Origin: Adineta vaga
Lineage: Eukaryota > Animalia > Rotifera
Direction: 5' to 3'
NCBI GenBank assembly: GCA_021613535.1
Contig: CP075492.1
Location: forward strand, 18,910,001-18,974,000
DNA: 64,000 nt
Shown piece by piece: positions 1 through 12,673 of the stretch (positions are counted from its first letter, which is position 1; every line of letters starts with the position of its first letter). A program made the translations under genes and the position numbers. The notes beneath the pieces were generated by a model. It was not told the DNA's origin and made no database searches. It worked only from the letters and a program-made list of their open reading frames with translations.

Positions 1-467
1 GATCGTCATTCGACACTTATATTTCCAATCATTGTCCATTCTAAATACAAAAAAAAGAATTTCAGTAAAAGAAAAAAAGTATTATGTTTTAAAACATGTT
101 TGTGTTAATTAATTGAAAATAAGTGCAAGACTATCAACACATTTGTTTTCTTTGTTGTGAAAGAGCGACTTGTCAGAACAGAAATATCTATACCGTTTTC
201 CTATCATTAATAAATGTGTATCTATAAGTTATGCAGTCACTATAAACACCGATTTTGAAAAAGACTTGGAGAAAATAGACAGTCAGCAGAGACCAAAAAA
301 TCATTTCCTTCAACACAGCCAACCATAATCTCTCCTAAAATCCACACAAGTAGAGTAGCTTGTTTCCACAACCAGAACGCAAAGTTACACGATCTACATT
401 TTTCCAAAATAAAGTGAGATACCCATATCAGGCGTTTGCCGTACAAACGACAGTGGAACATAAAACT

Positions 468-602
468 CAAGGGAGAAAAGCGAGACTTCCGTACTTCGAA
501 GTATCGTGGAAGTATGAGGAAGTATTATAGAAGTATGTGGAAGTGCGGTGGAAGTATGACGAAGTACGATGGAAGTACAGAAGTCTCGCTTTTTCCCCCT
601 TG
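468..602. mobile_element. hAT-like MITE with internal GGAAGTA repeats
   Basis: ~30 bp TIRs caagggagaaaagcgagacttccgtacttc / gaagtacagaagtctcgctttttcccccttg. Near-perfect 8-bp TSD ataaaact (460-467) / atgaaact (603-610). Interior is 10-12 bp gaagta-containing units. Confidence 0.75.
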
Positions 603-1277
603 ATGAAACTCATTTTCCCATCGTCGTTGGTTTTCCATCGTTTATAACTTTTCTCATTTAGAGTTGCATAAGAAATCGTTTTTTAACAAAATAAATCTAT
701 TTCTTTAGAGATGCAGACCTATTTTTGCTCAAAATATCTCCTGTCACCTCTTTTTCAATGACTGCATGGCACTCATCGCATTTCCCTAGCTTATCTATTA
801 GTTGTTTTTGAATAAGAACGGTTATTGTCCTTAACGATATATAAAAGGAGATGTGATAGACATTTAAGCTCATTTTTTGAATTCTCAACTATCAGATTAT
901 TTGATATTTTAACAATTAATTTCGAAAGGTAAGTAATACTGAACCTATGCATGAGTCACCTCAAATATGGCTTATATACAGGATGAGTCATCCAAAAGAT
1001 GAGTCGGCACCAAGTATGTAGCCTGGATGTGGATCAATCAAATTTAACATGCCGTTTTTTCCGGCCACTGAAGTTCGAGATGCTTTTTCAGTTAAATAAT
1101 GAGTGCTGAGTGATTATTCGCGATGGGTGATAGGTGGGTAAGTGACGCCGATAGGCGGGAAAAGAATCGGCGGTGATCGCTGAAACTGTGCGCTCGCTGG
1201 CATTCATTAATTTTTTGTACATTATCTTATTTGAAAATGATGGTTTTTTATACATTCTTTTGTGCGTTTATAAATCT

Positions 1278-1612
1278 TCTATCTATCTACGTATATAAAG
1301 AAGAAAGTTCGTTTATCTGTCCATCTGTTTGTTCGCTATGCGTTCAGTGCGTTTAATAGCCACGATCACCAAACTTTCCACGACGCTTCTCTAAGCCCAC
1401 AGGAAGATCGACATCTATTTTTTTCCGAAAAAAATAAATCTTAAGCTTGCTATGAGCAATCTAAGAAACTGACCAATAGGATTGCACCATTTCAAAAAAT
1501 TAAAATAATTGATAGCGACGGCGGACGAAGGCCGTCGGAGCGCACATCTGCGATAATTTACACGTTCTATACCAAACTATCTTAATTTGTAGCGGATGCG
1601 TCCGCTATCTTC
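1278..1612 (+). mobile_element. possible non-autonomous Helitron-like element
   Basis: Starts TCTATCTATC...TATATAAAG followed by tctgtccatctgtttgttcgc. GC-rich hairpins near the 3' end (cgacggc/gccgtcg ~1517-1538; agcgga/tccgct ~1591-1606). No clean CTAG terminus. Confidence 0.35.
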
Positions 1613-1620
1613 TATCCATA

Positions 1621-1782
1621 CCCATGTCGAACGTTCCGGTGTCCGGATCCTGCGGAAAAGCACAGAAAATTGATTGGAGTTCGCCGGAAAAATCCGAAAA
1701 CTTCCGCTCGGAATACTGCTTCCATGTTCCAGCGATTTCCAGTACTTTCCTGCCGGATCCGGCCCCTATTGTTTGACCTGGG
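1621..1782. mobile_element. palindromic MITE
   Basis: Ends cccatgtcgaac / gtttgacctggg. Inner inverted arms ccggatcctgcggaaaagcac / gtactttcctgccggatccgg. GC-rich island in an AT-rich background. Confidence 0.65.
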
Positions 1783-1923
1783 TTATATTTTATTGTTTTC
1801 TTTTTCAATATTTTAATATATGTATATTCTAGTAACAAAACAATCGTGAATGAATTTGTTGAAAAAATATTGAAAGTAAGAAAGAATATATGAGTGTATA
1901 TGAAATTATCGCAAGTGTTGATT

Positions 1924-3238
1924 TTAACATTTATTCTCAAAAAATTGCTTTTTATCGAAGACACAAAGTACTTGAATATTTTTATTCGTTTCTATTTTGT
2001 CTTGTTTCCACACGTAAAAAAGTGGACCATACACATCATTAAATTTGCCAACAACAATCGCATCTGAACAGTGAAAAGTTCGACCAATATAGAGATTGTA
2101 CGCACCTTCTCTGCCTGCCAGTAAGGCACACGATGGTAATTTCGAACCACATGTCGGTACCCATACAAATTTTAATTCTGAATCTGTACTCGTCAATATC
2201 TGATACGAAGAATTTTTCTCAAAACCATAATATTCAACTTCAGCTGATTTATTACCCGCAACGAGTTTGCCGGGAATGAGATTATTTTTTATATAGGCAC
2301 GTGCTACATAAATTTCTCGATTATCTTCTCGACCGCCAATAACAGCTGATTCCGGGATATAACCATCTTGTGCATCTATCCAAACTATCTTGTGTAATAT
2401 ATCTAGCGGTTCTAAAAGTAATTGTTACGAAATTATTTAATGGAAAGAAATTATTCACTATACTGTCTGTTTCGACACAATATTCTCGATCAGTAGATGA
2501 TGATAATACGACATTCATAGGAGCGTTTGTCTTCGTGAAACTAATCATATTCTTTGGTTTGGGATTTTTATTCGATTCTGCAATCCGTTTGATATAAATA
2601 CTCAGGATTATTGCCAGAACGAGGTTTAATAATACCGACAGTAATAATAAAATTATTGTTTTTTTACTCGATAATTTCATTGAATATTTGTCATTAATTG
2701 TAGTCGTTGTATTATGGTTAATTTGAATATTATTATCTTGATAATTGTTTGCTTGAATCATACTCACTAAAAATATGAAACATTTCTTTAAATCAAGAAG
2801 TAGTAAACTATATTTCTTTCTAACTATTTAAAGCATATTTATCTTCTTGATCTTGAAGTAGAATTGTTGATAGATTTGTTATAGATTGATCTTGTCCAGT
2901 GTGTTTCATTTGTTTCATATGATCTATGTAAATGTAAATAGATACACAAACAGAATTCCAATAACAAAAAATAGAATGAAATTACCTTTCAAAATTTTGA
3001 CTGCATCAATACATTGTATTTTTTCGAATGCTTGTATAAGCAGACTAACATCTCTTTCACTGATTTTATCTTGATCAAAAAGGGATTCCATGAGATTAAT
3101 TGTACCAGCAAGTGATGGATCATCTCGAATTCGTCGTGGAACATCAGAACCCAAAAAGAAATGTAATCGTTTTCGATCATTATCATTAAGATAATCTTGA
3201 ATTTTTAATATAGTAGCACGTAAATCACGAGAATCCAT
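1924..3238 (-). CDS. DED-like domain + type II TM + DM9 (DUF3421/natterin-type) repeat protein, 4 exons
   Basis: Exons 3238-2986 (MDSRDLRATILKIQDYLNDNDRKRLHFF...LIQAFEKIQCIDAVKILK, DED-like), 2923-2825, 2766-~2464 (TM IILLLLSVLLNLVLAIILSIYI) and ~2411-1924 (IVWIDAQDGYIPESAVIGGRE..IYVARA..LIPGKL; FVWVP..LPSCALLAGRE..LYIGR). Phase-1 GT-AG introns keep the frame; the exon 3 donor is approximate. Confidence 0.75.
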
Positions 3239-4484
3239 TCAGTTTGATCGAAAACAAAAGAAAAAAAGTAGATGGGTTTTATACTACTTAGAACACAAAA
3301 TATCATTAAGATTTTGAGATAAGAAAGAAAGAAAGAAAAAAGAATATAGTGTGGCATCAATAACATTCTACACAAAAACTTTCGTATGATTGTTTGTATT
3401 TTTATGATGATTTGACATACATTAACGATAACATTTATTATCTTGTCATCGGTAACCTTTTTCTTTTTCTGTTCTTTCATAAGATGTCTCATGTCTATGT
3501 TCGGTACCACATATATATCTTTTCTTTCTTCATTCTCTTGTTCGTTGAGTGTCTTATCTTTGAAGTAAAATGTCTTCAGACGAACAGCTATCTTCTTTCG
3601 AATTAAATAAAAGATTAACAAAATAACTGTATTGTTTTTACTTGTTTAATAGTCATTTACCGTTTGGTTTCTTTTATACTTCTAATTTAATATATAAGAA
3701 ACTTGAAAATGATTGATTATCGTCTAGTGCACATAATAAAACTGCAACGATAGAGAGAGGATTAGCTTGCCCTCTGTACAAGGATGATACCGAATACCAT
3801 GAAGTCAACACTTTTAGATAGACAAAGTTCTTGATATATAGGGGAAATACCTGTTGACGTTTTATTTCTGAGACAGATCCCATTAATATATTCATTGACA
3901 GAGAAATAGAAGATTATCATTTTGGAAACGTTCGAACAGAATGTACTAAATATTGAAAATTTTCACAAAAATCAATCTGATTATACAATTTTGTAATGAA
4001 TTTTGAATAACTCATTTACGCTATAAAATAGATATTTATGAATCAAATGATTGTTTTCTTTCTTTGTATATGTTGACGAATATGATTCTGTAACAAAATG
4101 ATAATCTAAAATAACTAAACACATTGGTGGTGTTGAGGATATGCGTGATGATAAGTGTTCTAACGATATCATACTGATTATCAACAGAAATACAAATTAC
4201 TTGTAGAATAATTTTAAAAAGAAATATGAAAAGAAATGAAGTTTTTCATAATGCAGTTACTCTTGAAAAGGTAAATCGAAAAGTATGAGAACAATTTTTA
4301 TAGTTTCTACGATACGTGTGCTGTCTGCATATATTGTCCATATTCCAAAAATCTAAAAAAAAAAGATTGTTTTCACAGAAATTTATCAAGAATAATTGCA
4401 TAGTTGTTAGTTCGTGACATCTGTAATGTTCAATTATTTGATTGATTAAATTGAAAAGGACAATGGACAATAAACTTCATTCTA

Positions 4485-6229
4485 CCGGGTTGTGCATAAC
4501 CTTTTGCTAGGGGGGTAACACTATGATTTAGAGCTGGGTACCTAGTGAATTTTATACCAGATTAAAGCCCGTGAAAAGCTGGATCCAGAAGTATAGTTAT
4601 CATTTCGATGGATAAGACTATCGTTTGAAAGTGTGAATATAAAAGAAAATCCGTACACATACTCAATCGTTGAAATTCCGCACATTTTTTCTCATTGTGT
4701 CTCATCTTTCTTTTTATTATTATTTTTTCTTTTTCTCGTAAAAGTATTTGGTGTTCTGTTATATTGGCCATGTAAAGTGGGATTGTTCTTTTCCTTTATT
4801 CATTCTTTATCTCAGTGTGTATCATGGGTGGAGTTATCGGAGACAATGAAGAACAACGTGCGATAGACCGAATTCGAGCGAAGGCTTATCGCGAAGCGAT
4901 AGAAGAAGGTGCAACGTTCATCAATCGAAAGTGGATCGCTCAAAAGCTGTATCGTAGTGAAAGATGAGTCACTGACAATTGGCGAAAAGGCTACGAACAC
5001 TGTTTTACGGAATTTGGTAGTGGCAGACCAGAAAAACTATCTGAAGAAGGTAAAAACATTGTGATGGAGAACAGTAGGAAAAGGCAACGAAGCTGCAGAC
5101 GGGTTGCGAAAGAGATCTTTCAGAAGTGCGGAGAGGTCGTTAGTCGATCAACGATACAACGATACCAGGTTAAACAAGGGCTGAAGGCTTTTCATGTAAT
5201 TCCAAAACCAATGAAGTCAGCGACGAACATTGACGATCGACTATAGTTTTGCGATTATTTGCATCGGTGGGGTAAAAATGACTTTATTCATCTTGCTCCA
5301 AGTGATGAGTTCTTCGTCTGGACTGTTCGTCAACCTTATTAACAAAACGATAGAGTATGGTCGCTTTCTCTGGAAGATGTCCAGGATGATGAACGTTATC
5401 AAGAACTTTCTGCGTGGCCTAGCTGCATTGGAATTTTCATCTGTTTTACTGCTGTCAAATTGATGTGGGTGATCAAGGATGACGATGCATCATGGCATGG
5501 AGCGTATTATCGTCAGCCTATTTTAACAGAAAATGTGATTCCATTTCTTTCTGCTCCCAGAAATGTATTAGATCCGTCAGAAGTAGTTTATCTGCATGAC
5601 AATGCTCCATGTCACAAAGCAAACGCCACTCAAGCATTACTGAAAAACTCTGAAATTGATTTCTTTGATCGGACACAATGGCCAGGAAATTCTCCTGATC
5701 TTAACGTAGCAGAAGGCATTGGATCAATTCTGATGGACAAGGTGGAAAGCCTGATGATCGAGGAAAACGGTGCTAATCGTACTTCTAAAGTGGTTTTTCT
5801 TCAACATCTTGAAAATGTCCTTCATGAACTTCAGAGTGAAACAGAACTTTTTGAAAATCTGTTGAAATCTTATCCCCAACGATTAAGAGCTGTATGTGAA
5901 GCCGATCGCGACCACACAAAATACTGATGTATTGCTTCTTTTCAAGCAAAATAAAGGTTCCAACAGAAACACTACTCAACTATTCCACTAGTAATTAGTG
6001 TTGTAGTCTTCTACCAAAAAGTTGTGCTCAATCGTATATTTTGACGATTGAGTATGTGTACGGATTTTCTTTTATATTCACACTTTCAAACGATAGTCTT
6101 ATCCATCGAAATGATAACTATACTTCTGGATCCAGCTTTTCACGGGCTTTAATCTGGTATAAAATTCATTGGGTACCCAGCTCTAAATCATAGTGTTACC
6201 CCCCTAGCAAAAGGTTATGCACAACCTGG
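4485..6229 (+). mobile_element. Tc1/mariner superfamily DNA transposon, DD37E spacing, defective
   Basis: ~186 bp TIRs (4485-4670 / 6044-6229) flanked by TA on both sides. Confidence 0.92.
4824..5927 (+). pseudogene. DD37E transposase with three in-frame stops
   Basis: Single frame from ATG 4824 with motifs APSDEF, HDNAPCH and SPDLNVAE (37 residues between the second D and E). Internal TGA (~4965), TAG (5244) and TAA (~5340). Confidence 0.88.
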
Positions 6230-6803
6230 TAATTTAATACGCAAATGAGTTTGTATGTATAATCAATAGAGAATAAAACATAGACCTACTCAATAGACAG
6301 TGATTCGCGACACTTCTAAGCTATAAGAGTATATGCTTAAATGTCTTCATAAAACCTTAATCATTTGTTTCTTGGCATGTGCAATGATGTTCATTTGAAG
6401 TAAAGTTTGAAGATGGTCTCTTGTTGAAGACTGCGAATTCATTTGATAGAATCAAATGAAAAAATGTATAGTGACATTTTTGTTCGACGCTGTGTCTAGA
6501 AATGCATCTCGTTTTTTTATAAGACTCATTCGGATTACACGAAAGAACGTTTTCGTCCAAAACCTTTTTTTTATTAAACTCTTAGTTGAACTTAGAACAG
6601 ATAGCTTAGAACGAAAGATGTTCTATTCACTGCGGTAAAAAAAACTTTTTCAGACTTCTTTACACAATATACATGTTCCTCATTAGATTTTTGGATTATT
6701 CTAAGTATGAATGAGAACATCGTGCAGTTTAGCACCAACAAAGGAAGGCTGCACTGTGACGAAAGAAGACAAGTTTGTGAAAGAAAATGAAAATAAAAAT
6801 CTG

Positions 6804-8379
6804 TCATATGAGACCGAAAAATCTAGGTACACATACGGAAACTGTCGTATATATACATAGAGCAATAGAGAAGCTATGCGACGCGCTAAAATGGGTTAGA
6901 CCCGAGTTCCTCGACGTTGTTTCCAATGGTACAATTTGCGTTGTTGAAGTTGTATTTACAGACAGTGACATTGATGTTGAAGTTGTCCAGGTGGGCTCTA
7001 ACGTTCTTAAAGTTGTATTTGTAATTGGTACCATTGGCGTCGAAGTTGTAGTGGTGGACTCTGAAATTGTTGAGCTGATTGTGGTGCTATTCTCTGCAGC
7101 ATTGGAAGTAGATGTAGTACTCGACTCTAAAGTACTTGAAGCAGTCGTAGTGCTCGATTCCGGAGCGACTGAAGTGCTGGATGTGCTCGATTTCGGAGTG
7201 CTAGAAATGGTTGAAGTACTAGACTCCGAAGTATTTGAAGCAGTTGTTGTGCTCGAATCTGAATTGGTTGATCTGATGGATGTAGTCGATTCTGGAATGA
7301 TTGAGGTGGTCGTTGAAGTTTCTGAGATTACTCTTGTAGTTGTTAAAGTTGTGTTTGTGAGCAACGTCGTTGGTAATGTGAGCGTAGTGATGGGCTTAGC
7401 GGTAGTTGTACTTATAGGTAGAGGAGTAGTTGATTGAGTGGTCGTAACGATCGTAGTGGCTGTTGTATCTATTCGTGGCGTACCTATTAGAAATTATAGA
7501 ACAACTCAATCGATCCATTAATATTTGAAATATCTCGGTAGAGCATAACTTCTATTAGTATCTATTCTATGAGTCATACACTAAACAATTATGAGGATAA
7601 ATATAGATTCGTTACTTCCATTCACAAGGACCGAATTCGGTTTGATATTACCTAATCATAAAGTCGTGTATACATGTAGGATACCTTCGGGCAGAATTCG
7701 ACATTTTCTTGAGCCAATTCGTTTCAGCGTAGGTTCCAATCGAGCCAACACTGGTTCCAAGTTCAACTCGACGAGCTCTATCGGTTCCAATCATAAAAAT
7801 TTCTCACGCCACCCACACCCTCAAGAAAATGTCGATTCCTGTCCGAAGGTATCCTACGTGTGTATACCTTTGTAAATTCGAATTTGCTTTAGTAGTGAGA
7901 ATTGGGAGAAGTGTTTGATTCGAGCCAGAATATGTTTTTCTGGCATATTAGTCTTACTATTTATGTAAATGACAGAATAATGCTACAAAACTTACGAGCA
8001 CATACGTTGTTTTGACATAGATTACTCATACAATCATAGCATGTCTTACAACGCAATAAGTCTTGACATCTTGGACACTCGAGACCTCCACAATCAATAT
8101 CAGACTCATCTTGATTTCTCATCCGATCCGCACAATGAAAAACTGTAAAAAGCAAAAGAATGACTAATGAGAGTCGAAGAAAATCTAAATAGAACAAACC
8201 TTCGTCATTCGTTGGAGGAGATTCTTCAGAGCTCGATGAATCAACCGTGATAACTATATGAGTTTGAACACAAGTTAGATAATAAGAATGAGAGATCATC
8301 ATGCAAAGTAACAATTTAAATCTATGAAAATGTACCAAAGTTGTCGTTTTGTATTCAAAATTTCTTACCCGATCATCAT
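6804..8379 (-). CDS. secreted/GPI-type protein: one NQDExDIDCGG Cys-rich repeat + Ser/Thr mucin stalk + hydrophobic tail, 4 exons
   Basis: Exons 8379-8369, 8321-8200, 8142-7996 and 7483-6804 join in frame. Signal-like MMIGFKLLLCMM, ITVDSSSSEE motif, CADRMRNQDESDIDCGGLECPRC, Thr-rich region, hydrophobic C-terminus. Confidence 0.75.
7666..7867. mobile_element. foldback/MITE in intron
   Basis: ~45 bp inverted arms gtaggataccttcgggcagaattcgacattttcttgag / ctcaagaaaatgtcgattcctgtccgaaggtatcctac. Internal ggttccaa repeats and a cacccacaccctcaaga motif. Confidence 0.6.
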
Positions 8380-8684
8380 AGATAATATTCGAATTTAAAT
8401 TTCACTTTTATATTAAATCCAAGGGAAAACTGATTAAATCTGAAGATACAATTGAGAACTGATGAAGAAGAATTGGTTTCCAGATCGAATTCTAGTGCAA
8501 TGATGCTCATTTGAGAATCGAAGATAATATCTTGAGACTTTATCATCACAGTCTCTTTAAATATTATTCAAACTATTCTATCGAACATGTGCAGTTACAT
8601 CTAATTTTCCATATGATGCGTCATAGCGTTAGCCAGGAAATTCCATGCATTTAAGATGCCCCACGATTTCCCGGAGATTGGATT

Positions 8685-8832
8685 TCAGTATAGGACAGTA
8701 AATGACGGTATAGGCGGTATCATCATACTGAGGGTGCCGCGGAGGGTGATATCCTGTATCGTCCTATGTCTTATACCACCCTCACGAACTATACCGTCTA
8801 TACCGTTCAATGCCTTATACCGCCCTATAGGA
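8685..8832. repeat. degenerate palindromic MITE-like repeat
   Basis: gacggtatag/ctataccgtc, ggcggtat/ataccgcc and gagggtg/caccctc inverted motifs. Confidence 0.4.
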
Positions 8833-9158
8833 AAGTCTTGCGAAAATCAGTTTCCGGAAAAACGCTATAACACATCAAATCTAATTTTCCTATCGAAAAT
8901 GACATTTTCTGTAACCGAAGAGAAAGAAATTAATGATTTGCTAACGAAGCACTTGAAATGAAGTGTAACGACCACCTTCATCTTTGTTATTTATTCACTA
9001 TCAGATACTTTCTCTCATTTTATATAAAGGCTCGTTTTAACAAGAAAATAACATGTCAATGTTAATTAGTAAATTTTAAATAGACCAATAAGTGTGATGA
9101 ATATGAACAAACAATGGATGATTAGTAAAATCGAAGAGACAAGAATTCTTAATTCCCA

Positions 9159-9570
9159 AGACTGTAAGGAGGGTCGTATGAAAAAAAATAGTTTGTAAAT
9201 TTGTAAATTTGTGTCAGGGTTAAAAGTCAAAGGTCAAAAAAATAAATATTTTTTCTAAAATCGTTTCAAACATCGAAAAATGATAGTAGGATGGGGTTAA
9301 GTCAAGTGGGGGTGAGGTGGGGGGGGGGGGGGTATGGGTGAAACCATGGATGTGGGTATAGAGTTGCGTATGGGGTGAAACTGATTTCACGAGAAGAAAC
9401 TTGATATTTTTTTGGTTGTGAAAGTTGGCACATATTTGAACAAGAACATGAGAGTCATTTTCTCGTATATTAGGTTTGTAGGTGAATTGGTCTCGGTATT
9501 GGAAGAAGCTGAAAATACCCGTCCTCCGCAGTCGAGGGCTGAGTGAGTCGGTCCGACGAGCGTTACTTAT
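9159..9570 (+). repeat. dispersed repeat (Helentron/Helitron-like relic) with poly-G tract; second copy from ~21237
   Basis: gactgta...tatgaaaaaaaatagtttgta...tttgtgt.agggttaaa.gt.aaag is shared with 21237-21306. G14 tract at 9319-9332. GC-rich 3' end. Confidence 0.5.
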
Positions 9571-10260
9571 TTTAATCGTATTTCGAATCGAAATTTGTCT
9601 TTAAGTAAATATTGTGTCGAATAGATGTTTTCAAGTTTGTTCTGTATGTATGAAAAAGAAAGTAACCATAGAAGTATTCGTCGAAAAGGAAACTCATTGA
9701 CACAAGAGAAGAAAATAAATATGAGCATTTCTTTCGCCGACTGTATCGAGATGTTTTGTTCGGTGAAAAAAAACAACCGAGAAAATTGCACTTTCAGTTC
9801 TATTTTCGTCAAAGATATTTATTTAGCAAAATAATTGGGATTACTCATGCTGGTTACACAAACTCGAACGAATACATAAAAGTTCAAGGCTTAGATTGCT
9901 TTTGGCCTTGTTTTTAAATCACAAGCATTTCGTGTGGAAGAGAAAGTAGGTAAAAATGTTTTTTCAAGAAGCGTCGAACCTGTTTGTGTGTATTTTTTGA
10001 AAAAGAAAATATCGCTTAAAATGTTGATTCTTTTACAAAAAATTTAAACTAAACATTCGCCTTCAAATCACATCCTCTATAAATTTTGAAGTAATTGTGA
10101 AACATACTGTGATTAGATGTGAAAGTTAAAGACGAAAAAAAACTTTTTCTTCGTCGTCGATACGAATTTTGAAGATCAAACACAAAAATATGTTCAATAT
10201 CGAAAGATTTCTTAATGAAATTGTTTTTAGATTGAATCACAATAGAAAACTGTCGTTCAA

Positions 10261-11991
10261 ATGATCTTATTCAGGTAATAAGTTTTGATTTGATTACTAC
10301 TATGTTCGATATCTTTTCTCTTTTTTCTTGTTTACAGTTCAACATCATTGATTTTGTTGGTGTTTTGTTCATTTTCCTATTTCGTCGTGATTAACGGTAG
10401 AATCGCGATAACGATTGATTCTTCAAGTTCAGAAGAAGGACATAAACCAAGACAAAAGGGTATGTTTGAGATTGAGATTGAGATTTCGAGATAATATTAT
10501 ATTCTGTAGAGCCATGTTGTACTGATCGAATGAAAAATCAAGATGAATCTGACATTGATTGTGGAGGTCCAGATTGTCCTAAATGTCGAGATATGAAGAA
10601 ATGTACTTCTCCTAACGACTGTCTCAGTGATGTTTGTATCAACAATGCATGTATTCGTATGTATTATTTAGTCTTCAATTTCATGATGTAGAACAAACCC
10701 TTTTTTCTTTAGCATCACCTTCATGCTTGGATCGAATTCGGAATCAAGACGAGACGGATATTGATTGTGGGGGTTTCAAGTGTCCTAAATGTCAAAATAT
10801 GAAGAGCTGTAACTGTCCTAACGACTGTCTCAGTAATGTTTGTATTAACAGTACATGTATTCGTAAGTATTATACCGTCTTGTCCTTTCATACCACACGA
10901 TTTTGTGTTATTTCAGCATCGCCTTCGTGTTGGGATCAAATTCGGAACCAAAACGAGACCGATATCGATTGCGGCGGTCCCATTTGTCAGAAATGTCAGG
11001 ATATGAAGACTTGTAATGTTTCATGTGATTGTCTCAGTGGTGTTTGTATTAACAAGAAATGCATTCGTAAGTATTCAACTCTTGTTTATTTTAGATTTAT
11101 AAGAAGTTAGTGTCGTTTCAGCATCACCTTCGTGTCAAGATCAAATAAAGAACCAAGATGAGACTGATGTCGATTGTGGTGGTTCGATTTGTCCGAAATG
11201 CAACAATGGTAAAACTTGCAAAACCACCAAGGACTGTTTAAGTGATCAATGTCTAGTTCAATTCTGTCAGAGTGCGTTCTTTATTCTTTCCCGAACTAAT
11301 TTTCAAAGATCTTTGATTTTTTTTCTCAGCATGCTCATTGGTTAGTTTCGATAATGGTGATTTTGAATCTGGAACTGCTTCTGGCTGGACTATTGGTGGT
11401 GGTTTACGAAAATTAATCTCCTCATCTGAAATTTTGCCCGAATACTTTTTACCAGGTGGAATATTGTTTAATTCCAGCATCGCAATGTCACATTCAGCAA
11501 TCGTCACTAATGGATACGATCCAATTCTAGGTAATTTAATGCCAGGAATTGTCGAAGGAGGTAAATACTCGTTTCGTGTCGAAGATACGATGAAATATGG
11601 TTATGCATCGGTGATTACTCGTCAAGTCAACTATTATTATTGTTTGGATATTTATTTTTCATGGTTGGCTGTTTTACAAAATGGAAATCATTCGTCAAAT
11701 GAATCAAGCTTAGTTATAGTTGAATTAAATGATTTGACTACGAATGAAAAATTAATTTCACGTCGTTATGATGCTGGAGCAACAGGGAGTGGTGTTGATA
11801 CTACTCGTTTTAAAGAAAAAGATGATTATTTTTATACACCTGCTTGGCAATCGGAACACTTTGAAATCGATAATACCCGTTTTGGTCATAATTTCACATT
11901 AACAGTTCTTGCAGCAGATTGTGAACCAGGTGGTCATATTGGTTATCTTTATCTCGACAGTTTCAGTGGTCTTGGACCACAAAAAAAATAA
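10261..11991 (+). CDS. secreted protein: four exon-encoded NQDETDxDCGG Cys-rich repeats + C-terminal bacterial-like beta-sandwich domain, 7 exons
   Basis: Exons 10261-10274, 10338-10459, 10510-10656, ~10713-10862, ~10917-11066, ~11121-11270, ~11330-11991. Signal peptide, ITIDSSSSEE motif, C-terminal SFDNGDFESGTASGW...LAADCEPGGHIGYLYLDSF. Confidence 0.8.
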
Positions 11992-12673
11992 CTTCATAAA
12001 AGACCAATTTGGCTTTACTCATAAAAATTAATATGACAGTGAACTTTTCAGTTTTTCTTTTGTCTATTTCTGTTTTTTTTTCAAATTCCTCTTCTTCTTC
12101 CAAATTTCACTTTCAATCTAACTCTATCACTTCCAAATGAATTAATAAAAAAGTTTTAATCGGATTTGAAAAACATAAAAAGAGAAGCTTTGTGTTTCTT
12201 AACTTTCTCTTGAACATTCAAAGAATTATCTATGACATCAGATCATCCCATTGATTAGAACAGAATTGGACAGTTTACTTTGCCAATTTCTTGTATGATT
12301 ATAAAAAAAGAATAGAAATGAAGCAATGATTGGTTTGTCTGGATATGGAATGATTAATGAACAGATTTGTTCAATGTTCTTATGGTATTCATCACTACTA
12401 CGTAGAACAAAAACAGCCAGTTTCTTTGCCCTGTAACAATGCACATGTGAGGAAATATTCGCATTACTTCTCAATACTCCCATTCATTATTGATTGTCCG
12501 AGATAATTTTCGTGGCCACCGGTAGAATATCGTCCATTAGACATTATCCAAAGTAGAACAGTTTCGTGATTTTTACACATAAAGTAATGATCACGTCCAC
12601 TTAGATAAATTAAAGGATGTGCTGATTTTTGAAAATGAAGTCGATCAGAAATGCATTTACGCGTACTTTTCTT

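Noticed and set aside
481-590. gaagta repeats with variable spacers as a CRISPR-like array
   Set aside because: Units are only 10-12 bp, lie inside TIRs with a TSD, and there are no cas genes; eukaryotic context.
975-1230. TA-CAGGATGAGTCA start of a mariner-like element
   Set aside because: No matching inverted end or transposase was found in the window.
4960-5345. Probable TGG-to-stop changes as evidence of targeted mutagenesis of transposons
   Set aside because: Only two events, with no consensus sequence to establish a bias.
6787-7437. 216-aa Val-rich plus-strand ORF
   Set aside because: Antisense shadow of the Ser/Thr mucin exon.
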